Assembly: GCA_900538465.1 (NCBI GenBank)
Contig: UPXV01000008.1
Span: 1,436-65,435, forward strand
Direction: 5' to 3'
From: an uncultured Erysipelotrichaceae bacterium
Lineage (GTDB): Bacteria > Bacillota_I > Bacilli_A > Erysipelotrichales > Coprobacillaceae
Length of the DNA: 64,000 bases
In this document: one piece after another, positions 58,112-64,000 of the stretch
Layout: every line of letters starts with the position of its first letter
Position numbering within the stretch: position 1 is the first letter of the stretch
Made by a program: the position numbers and the translations under genes
The notes under the pieces: model-generated
What the model was told of the DNA's origin: nothing
Database searches by the model: none
What the model saw: only the letters and a program-made list of their open reading frames with translations

Positions 58112-58141
58112 CCCCTTTTCGTGTCTAAGGAGGAATGAAAA

Positions 58142-58903
58142 ATGTTATGTGTATCATGGAATGTAAATGGTTTAAGAGCATGTTTGAATAAAGGTTTTGC
58201 AGATTTTTTTAAAGATGTTGATGCTGATATTTTTGCTATTCAAGAAACGAAATTACAAAAACATCAAATAGATTTAAATTTTGATGGTTATACATCTTAT
58301 TATAATGATGCTGTGAAAAAAGGTTATAGTGGAGTTGCTATTTATACAAAAAAAGAACCATTGAATGTCACTTATGGCTTAGGAATAGAAGAACATGATC
58401 AAGAAGGACGTGTGATTACTTTAGAATTTGAGAAGTTTTATTTTATTACTGTTTATACGCCTAATTCTAAAAGAGAATTAGAACGTTTAGAGTATCGTCA
58501 AGTTTGGGAAGATGCTTTTAGAGCATATGTGAATGAATTGAAAAAGAAAAAACCAGTTGTTATCTGTGGTGATTTAAATGTTGCCCATAAAGAGATTGAT
58601 TTAAAAAACGATAAAACAAATCATAAGAATGCTGGTTTTACTGATGAAGAAAGAGCAAAATTTACAGAATTATTAGATTCTGGATTTATTGATACATTTA
58701 GATATAAATATCCTGATAAAGAAGTTTATTCTTGGTGGTCTTATATGTTTAAGGCTAGAGAAAAGAATGCAGGATGGCGTATTGATTATTTTGTTGTTTC
58801 TACAAATTTAAAAGAACATATTAAAGATGCTTATATTTATACTGATATTATGGGATCAGATCATTGTCCTGTCGGTGTAGAGTTGGAGGGATTGGATTTA
58901 TGA
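58142..58903 (+). CDS. xth: exodeoxyribonuclease III
   Basis: [32 protein letters not shown] motifs. Confidence 0.9.
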   Translation: MLCVSWNVNGLRACLNKGFADFFKDVDADIFAIQETKLQKHQIDLNFDGYTSYYNDAVKKGYSGVAIYTKKEPLNVTYGLGIEEHDQEGRVITLEFEKFYFITVYTPNSKRELERLEYRQVWEDAFRAYVNELKKKKPVVICGDLNVAHKEIDLKNDKTNHKNAGFTDEERAKFTELLDSGFIDTFRYKYPDKEVYSWWSYMFKAREKNAGWRIDYFVVSTNLKEHIKDAYIYTDIMGSDHCPVGVELEGLDL

Positions 58904-59439
58904 AATGTATGATTGTTTCTGATATTCATGGTTCTTTAGAAGATTTGAAGAAAGTTTTATCAATTTTTGAAGAAGAACATATGGATCAATTGATTTTACT
59001 AGGAGACTTGTTATATCATGGACCACGTAATCCTTTGCCAGAGGGATATAATCCTAAAGAAGTCGCTATTTTATTAAATCAATATAAAGAAAAGATCATT
59101 GCTGTAAGAGGAAATTGTGATGCTGAGGTTGATCAAATGGTTTTAGATTTTCCAATACAAGCGGATTATAGTCAAATTTATATGGATGGGCATCGTTTCT
59201 TTATTACACATGGTCATTTGTATAATGAAGATCAAATGCCACTTCTTAATGAAGGTGATATTTTGATGTATGGTCATTTTCATAAACCTATAGCAAAACA
59301 AAAAGATGGAATAATTATTTTTAATCCTTCTTCTATTTCTTTACCTAAGGAAGGTGTAAAGAGTTATGGAATTTATGAAAATGGGGAATTAAAAATCTAT
59401 TCATTAGAAAAAACATTGCTTAAGGCTATAAAAATATAA
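58900..59439 (+). CDS. yfcE: YfcE family metallophosphoesterase/phosphodiesterase
   Basis: [30 protein letters not shown] motifs; GGAGGG SD; overlaps xth end. Confidence 0.8.
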   Translation: MKCMIVSDIHGSLEDLKKVLSIFEEEHMDQLILLGDLLYHGPRNPLPEGYNPKEVAILLNQYKEKIIAVRGNCDAEVDQMVLDFPIQADYSQIYMDGHRFFITHGHLYNEDQMPLLNEGDILMYGHFHKPIAKQKDGIIIFNPSSISLPKEGVKSYGIYENGELKIYSLEKTLLKAIKI

Positions 59440-59516
59440 ATTTATTAAAAAAATATAAAAAAACCGTGAAATTAATTTAAAAGTATGGTATTTTTATAGT
59501 GGTGAGGTGAGATAGA

Positions 59517-60227
59517 ATGGCAAAGTATAAAGATATTGCTGATGACATTCGTCAAAAAATTAAAAAACAAGAATATACTTTCGGTCAAAAGCTCCCTTAT
59601 GAATATGTTCTTTGTATGAGTTATCATTGTAATAAAGAAACAATGAAGAAAGCTTTGGACATTTTGGTTAAAGAGGGATTGATTATCCGTAGAAGAGGTG
59701 CGGGAACTTTTGTTAAAGATTTTGATCCGTCAATTGAAAGTTCTACAAATAAGTTTGCAAGAGGATTAACTGCAAAATATGAAGGTATAAAAGAAGTGAC
59801 AAGTGAAGTCTTAGAATTTGAAGTTGTTCCTGCTGATGCTCATTTGTCTAAGAAACTACAAATTGAGATAGGTGATTTTGTTTATCATATTATCCGATTG
59901 AGATTTTTAGATCAAAAGCCTCATTTAATTGATATTAGTTATATTCCAATTAGTTTGATACCGAATTTAAAATTAGAACATTTAAAAGGGTCAGTCTATA
60001 ATTATATTGAAAAAGTATTAAAATTAAAAATTCAAAGTTGTCATTTGACAATTAATGCTGCTTTATCAACACCACTAGAACAACAATATCTTGGATTGAA
60101 AGAATATGAACCTTATATTCAAGAAGAACAAATTTCATATTTAAGTAATGGAGCTATCTTTGAATATACATTAGCAAGACATCATTATGCTGATTTTGAG
60201 TTCCAAACGATCGTCGTACAACAATAA
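59517..60227 (+). CDS. GntR family (HutC subfamily, UTRA domain) transcriptional regulator
   Basis: N-terminal wHTH (DIRQKIKKQEYTFGQKLPYEYVLCMSYHCNKETMKKALDILVKEGLIIRRRGAGTFV) + UTRA-like C-terminus. Confidence 0.85.
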   Translation: MAKYKDIADDIRQKIKKQEYTFGQKLPYEYVLCMSYHCNKETMKKALDILVKEGLIIRRRGAGTFVKDFDPSIESSTNKFARGLTAKYEGIKEVTSEVLEFEVVPADAHLSKKLQIEIGDFVYHIIRLRFLDQKPHLIDISYIPISLIPNLKLEHLKGSVYNYIEKVLKLKIQSCHLTINAALSTPLEQQYLGLKEYEPYIQEEQISYLSNGAIFEYTLARHHYADFEFQTIVVQQ

Positions 60228-60256
60228 ACTTATGTGAAAAACATAAGTTTTTTTCT
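60226..60256 (+). terminator. intrinsic terminator after GntR gene (AACTTATGT-gaaaa-ACATAAGTT + T7)
   Basis: 9-bp perfect stem + TTTTTTT. Confidence 0.6.
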
Positions 60257-60303
60257 ATTTGAGAAAAAAGTCGAAAAAAATTAATAAGAAAATATCGCAT
60301 AAA

Positions 60304-60329
60304 ATGGTACTTTTTTTGAAAAGTACCAT
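60304..60329. promoter_or_regulatory. perfect inverted repeat ATGGTACTTTT-ttg-AAAAGTACCAT (candidate GntR/HutC-type operator) upstream of PTS IIC promoter
   Basis: 11-bp arms exact reverse complements; contains GTAC core typical of HutC-family sites; 18 nt upstream of the -35. Confidence 0.45.
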
Positions 60330-60347
60330 ACTTTTAAATTAAAAGCA

Positions 60348-60376
60348 TTGACTTTTTATAAAATAAATCTTATACT
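60348..60376 (+). promoter_or_regulatory. canonical sigma-A promoter for PTS IIC gene (TTGACT-17-TATACT)
   Basis: -35 60348-60353, -10 60371-60376, about 35 nt before ATG 60412. Confidence 0.6.
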
Positions 60377-60411
60377 ATTAGTGTCAAAAATATTTTAAGG
60401 GAGGAAAAAAT

Positions 60412-61815
60412 ATGGACGCTTTTGCTGATAAGCTTGGACGCATTGGTGCTTGGTGTGGTCAAAACAAATACCTTGGCGCTATCAAAAATGCATTCCAAAA
60501 CTTCATGCCAGCAACTATCGCTGGTGCAATCGGTGTTCTTTGGACAAACGTATTAGTTAATGATAACGTTGTCGAAGGAAACGCTCAAGGTCTTGGTGGG
60601 ATTTTCAAACCAATTATGGCTTTACAACCTATCAATGACGTATTCGCTGCAATCTCATTTGCAACTATCTCATGTATTTCTATTGGTATCGTAATGTTAG
60701 TAGCTCAAGAAATTGGAGAAGCTAATGGTGAAACTGGTGCTTTCCCAGCAGTTCTTGGATTCATGTCATGGGCTATGGTTACTCCAACAACTACACAAAT
60801 TTGGCAAGGTAAAGATGGTCTTGTAACAGGTGCTATCTTACCAGAAGGTGCTAAATCTCTTGGTACTGTAGGTGGATTTGAAGGAAGTTACTTAGGTGCT
60901 ACTGGATTATTTACTGCATTATTAGTAGGTATTATCGCTCTTGAAATTTATAACATGTTCCGTAAAATGGATGCATTAAAAATCAAGATGCCTGAACAAG
61001 TACCTCCAGGTGTAGCTCGTGCATTCGAAGTTTTAATCCCAACATTCTTAACTTTATTAGTTGTTGGTGTTATTGGTTGGTTAGTTAAATTAGCTTCTGG
61101 CGTATATTTAAATGACTTAATCAAAACTTCTGTACAAGAACCATTAATGGAAGTTATTGGTGACAATATCGTTGCTGTTATGTTCATGTATGTATTAATC
61201 TCATTATTCTGGTTAGTAGGTATTCATGGTAACAACATGTTAGCTGCTGTTAAGGAACCAATCTTCAAACCTATGTTATATGCAAATACTGCATTATTTA
61301 CAAATGGTAAATCTACAGCTCTTCCATTGACTGAAGATATTAAAGCTCATGGATATTACACTATGAACTTAACTATGATGCAAATGTTTGCTGAATGGGG
61401 AGGTTCTGGGGTTACTTTAGGTTTAGTTATTGCAATCTTCATCTTCTCTAAACGTGAAGATAACCGTGCAATCGCTACATTATCTATCGTTCCAGGTTTA
61501 TTCAACATCAATGAAACTGTAACATTTGGTATTCCATTGGTATTAAACCCAATCTTAGGTATTCCATTCATCTTAGCTCCTGTAGCTTGTATCTTCGTTG
61601 GTTGGTTATTAATCACTATTAAGTTCTGTCCAGTTGTTGTACTTGAAGTACCTTGGACAATGCCACCATTATTGTTAGGATTCTTAGCTACTGGTGGTAA
61701 CATCATGGGTGCTGTATCACAAATTATTGTTATTGCTTTAGCAACAGTAATTTATATCCCATTCTTAATTGCTTACGAAAAATATCAAAACAAACAAGCT
61801 GCTGCTGCAGAATAA
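60412..61815 (+). CDS. PTS cellobiose/lactose-family transporter subunit IIC
   Basis: Lac-family EIIC pattern (MDAFADKLGRIGAWCGQNKYLGAIKNAFQNFMPATIAGAIGVLW...), 467 aa polytopic; GGGAGG SD. Confidence 0.85.
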   Translation: MDAFADKLGRIGAWCGQNKYLGAIKNAFQNFMPATIAGAIGVLWTNVLVNDNVVEGNAQGLGGIFKPIMALQPINDVFAAISFATISCISIGIVMLVAQEIGEANGETGAFPAVLGFMSWAMVTPTTTQIWQGKDGLVTGAILPEGAKSLGTVGGFEGSYLGATGLFTALLVGIIALEIYNMFRKMDALKIKMPEQVPPGVARAFEVLIPTFLTLLVVGVIGWLVKLASGVYLNDLIKTSVQEPLMEVIGDNIVAVMFMYVLISLFWLVGIHGNNMLAAVKEPIFKPMLYANTALFTNGKSTALPLTEDIKAHGYYTMNLTMMQMFAEWGGSGVTLGLVIAIFIFSKREDNRAIATLSIVPGLFNINETVTFGIPLVLNPILGIPFILAPVACIFVGWLLITIKFCPVVVLEVPWTMPPLLLGFLATGGNIMGAVSQIIVIALATVIYIPFLIAYEKYQNKQAAAAE

Positions 61816-62019
61816 GATTTGTAAACAAATAGAATGTTTAAAAGGACGCTTAGTCGTCCTTTTTATCTTATGTTATGGAATTGTTAATGATACAAATGAA
61901 TTGTAATATTTATCTATAAATTCTTGGTTAATTTGCTAAATTTATAATTGGAAATTAGCATGAATAAGATTGTTATTTCTATATAAATCATGTATAATAG
62001 AAAAGAAAGTGAGGCATTT

Positions 62020-62523
62020 ATGGAAAAAGAGTTTAAGTTTAGAATGAATACGGCCACTATCATCTTCTTGTGTGCTTATACTATTTATACCGTGTATATA
62101 GCAGTTACAGCTAGTGTGAGTACTTTTATAGCAATTTTAGTATTTGGTATTTTATGTTATATTTTCTTTCTTGGTATGAGACCTTATAAATATACTATTG
62201 GTAAAAAAACTTTAACAATTCATTATCCATTATGGAAGAATAGTCATGTTGATTTGATGCAATGTGAGACAATTTGTGATCCTGTTTCTCGTTGGGCTGA
62301 TATTGCAACACGTCCACATGCCATTGAAATTTATACAAATACGAAAAAGCGTTATTGTTGTTTCCCAAAAGAACGTGTAGAATTTGTTGATGCTATTTTA
62401 AAAGAAAATAAAAGAATTCACTGTACAGTGAAAGATTATACAGATGTGCATAGACAACTTGAAAAGAAACAACGTAAAGAAAGAAGAAAAGCCGAAAACA
62501 AGCAGCAAGAGAAAAGGAAGTAG
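62020..62523 (+). CDS. hypothetical membrane protein with bacterial PH-like (bPH_2/DUF304-type) domain and basic C-terminal tail
   Basis: Two TM helices followed by soluble domain; ATG 62020 preceded by GAGG. Confidence 0.45.
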   Translation: MEKEFKFRMNTATIIFLCAYTIYTVYIAVTASVSTFIAILVFGILCYIFFLGMRPYKYTIGKKTLTIHYPLWKNSHVDLMQCETICDPVSRWADIATRPHAIEIYTNTKKRYCCFPKERVEFVDAILKENKRIHCTVKDYTDVHRQLEKKQRKERRKAENKQQEKRK

Positions 62524-62541
62524 ATTAACATCTTCTTCCTT

Positions 62542-63231
62542 TTAAAATGCCATTTTATAACTATCTTTCCCAAAGCGTTTAATATAATCTTGCTCATTAT
62601 TGGCCATTCTTAATTTCATAATTAAATTACTCATTAATGCTGGAATAGAAGTTCCATCTTCATAAATGGATGACCCCCAAACTTGTTCAAAAAGATAGGA
62701 AATTGAAAAAGGTTGATAAGGATGTGAAATTAAGATAGAGATTAATTTGAATTCATTTTTTGTAAGATTTAATGGTTTTCCATGACAAGAACAAGTTCTT
62801 GCAGTTGTATCTACAATAATGTCTTTGAAACGATAAATTTGTCTTGGCTTTAAGATTCCATTTTTATAGACAGATTGAATTTTTGCATCTAAATTTTTTA
62901 AATCAAATGGAATAGTTAAATAATCATCAGCCCCTGCATTTAAAATAGATTCAAGATAATCTGATGACAAAGTGTCACTTAACACAATAACAATGGGTTG
63001 ACTTTTTAATTTAGCTTGTACAATAAATTCTTTTGTTTTGATTCTTGGGAAATCATCTTCAATAATCAGACAATCATAAGAATGATTTTCATAATAAGCT
63101 TCTAGATCTTTATATTGAATAACTTGGTTACAGATATAATCTTTTCCTTCAAGATATTCTTTGATTTGGTTATTTGTATTTTTATCACTATGAATAATTA
63201 AAGCAGTAAATTGACTTAACATAGTACTCAC
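62542..63231 (-). CDS. orphan OmpR/PhoB-family regulator with degenerate (pseudo-)receiver domain
   Basis: C-terminal winged helix (LTKNEFKLISILISHPYQPFSISYLFEQVWG); receiver-like N-terminus lacking one acid-pocket Asp (IIHSDKN) and with conserved Lys replaced (GADDYLTIPF); no cognate kinase adjacent. Confidence 0.7.
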   Translation of the reverse strand: MSTMLSQFTALIIHSDKNTNNQIKEYLEGKDYICNQVIQYKDLEAYYENHSYDCLIIEDDFPRIKTKEFIVQAKLKSQPIVIVLSDTLSSDYLESILNAGADDYLTIPFDLKNLDAKIQSVYKNGILKPRQIYRFKDIIVDTTARTCSCHGKPLNLTKNEFKLISILISHPYQPFSISYLFEQVWGSSIYEDGTSIPALMSNLIMKLRMANNEQDYIKRFGKDSYKMAF

Positions 63232-63332
63232 CTCTTTTATTAAGTATAATCCTTCTTAAAAAAATTACAATAATTATTCATCAATTTCATTAATAAAATA
63301 ATTTCATAATAATAAAATGACTTTATACTATA

Positions 63333-63361
63333 TTGACAGATAATGACTCAAAATATATAAT
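63333..63361 (+). promoter_or_regulatory. canonical sigma-A promoter (TTGACA-17-TATAAT) for glnN-like gene
   Basis: -35 63333-63338, -10 63356-63361. Confidence 0.65.
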
Positions 63362-63381
63362 ACCCTCATAAAGAATATCTT

Positions 63382-63408
63382 ATTTATGTTTACACAATAA
63401 ACATAAAT
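63382..63408. promoter_or_regulatory. perfect inverted repeat ATTTATGTTTA-cacaa-TAAACATAAAT in 5' leader of glnN-like gene; contains 17-bp TGTTTA-N5-TAAACA with GlnR/TnrA-box-like spacing
   Basis: 11-bp arms exact reverse complements, located 20 nt downstream of -10. Confidence 0.45.
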
Positions 63409-63442
63409 TGATACAATTGATGAGACAAGGGGGAGTAACTTA

Positions 63443-64000
63443 ATGGAAATGAATGAATTACTTGAAGGCTATGGGTGTTTAACATTTAGTGACGATGTAA
63501 TGAAAGAACGTATTCCAAAATCTACATATAGAGCTTTTCATGAATCTTTGGATAATGGAGAACCATTAACAAAAGAAACAGCAACAGTTATTGCAAATGC
63601 AATGAAGATTTGGGCTGTAGAGAATGGGGCTACACATTTTACACATTGGTTTATGCCAATGACAGGATTAACAGCAGAGAAACATGATGCATTTTTGGAA
63701 CCTGATGGAAATAAAGCAGTTTTAGAATTTAGTGGTAAGACTTTGAGAAAAGGGGAACCAGATGCTTCTTCGTTTCCTTCTGGTGGATTACGTGCAACTT
63801 TTGAAGCAAGAGGATATACATCTTGGGATTGTACATCTCCAGCTTTTGTTAAGGATGGTTCATTATATATTCCAACTTTATTCTCATCATATAATGGTGA
63901 AGCGTTAGATAAAAAAACACCATTATTGAAATCAGTTGATGCTTTATCTAAAGCCTCATGCCATTTGCTTCCTTTATTAGGAATGCAAGGTGTTACAAAA
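63443..64000 (+). CDS. glnN: glutamine synthetase type III (GlnN), N-terminal fragment (continues past window end)
   Basis: Open frame from ATG 63443 to window edge with GGGGGAG SD; sequence [29 protein letters not shown]...[21 protein letters not shown] resembles GSIII N-terminal domain (recollection). Confidence 0.55.
   Translation, partial: MEMNELLEGYGCLTFSDDVMKERIPKSTYRAFHESLDNGEPLTKETATVIANAMKIWAVENGATHFTHWFMPMTGLTAEKHDAFLEPDGNKAVLEFSGKTLRKGEPDASSFPSGGLRATFEARGYTSWDCTSPAFVKDGSLYIPTLFSSYNGEALDKKTPLLKSVDALSKASCHLLPLLGMQGVTK

Noticed and set aside
61356-61706. 116-aa minus-strand ORF inside PTS IIC
   Set aside because: Antisense to well-supported EIIC; Gly/Asn/Pro-rich translation typical of mirror of hydrophobic codons
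1-64000. CRISPR arrays, IS elements, integrases, prophage genes, rRNA
   Set aside because: No direct-repeat/spacer arrays, transposase/integrase-like ORFs or rRNA-like sequence seen; all gene-size ORFs are accounted for by chromosomal functions

Overview
This is a low-GC (about 30% GC) chromosomal segment from a Bacillota genome. Gene content and synteny (comFA-comFC, csp-secA-prfB, yitT, cwlO-like, yycJ-rlmH, nrdDG, glnN-type GS) suggest an Erysipelotrichia- or Clostridia-like anaerobe; that guess is tentative. Coding density is high and most genes are housekeeping: asnB, secA, prfB, gltX, murA, rpmE, fba, galE, ppiB, acyP, nrdD/nrdG, xth, and the RNA-modification enzymes rluA-family, rlmA, trmH-family and rlmH. 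There are two tRNA genes flanking gltX: tRNA-Gln(CUG) on the plus strand and tRNA-Glu(CUC) on the minus strand. I found no CRISPR array, IS element, integrase or rRNA. The accessory content is regulatory and signalling. The clearest multi-gene system is an apparent operon at 43.6-49.2 kb: an Hpt protein, a REC-HD-GYP (c-di-GMP phosphodiesterase-type) response regulator, a 970-aa hybrid histidine kinase with two receiver domains, and a translationally coupled orphan ABC-type solute-binding lipoprotein. Convergent on it is an EF-G paralogue whose switch-II His and NKxD motif are degenerate. Other notable items: a membrane-anchored MerR-family regulator behind a textbook 19-bp-spacer MerR promoter with a dyad; a membrane-anchored XRE regulator; an orphan OmpR-type regulator with a degenerate receiver domain; a Fic protein with a non-canonical HPFYNGNGR motif behind a structured, uORF-containing leader; a GNAT gene frameshifted in a G5 run; prfB without the programmed +1 frameshift; and secA with about 70 extra N-terminal codons. 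Several perfect palindromes sit in promoter regions as candidate operators, and I mapped sigma-A-like promoters and intrinsic terminators.
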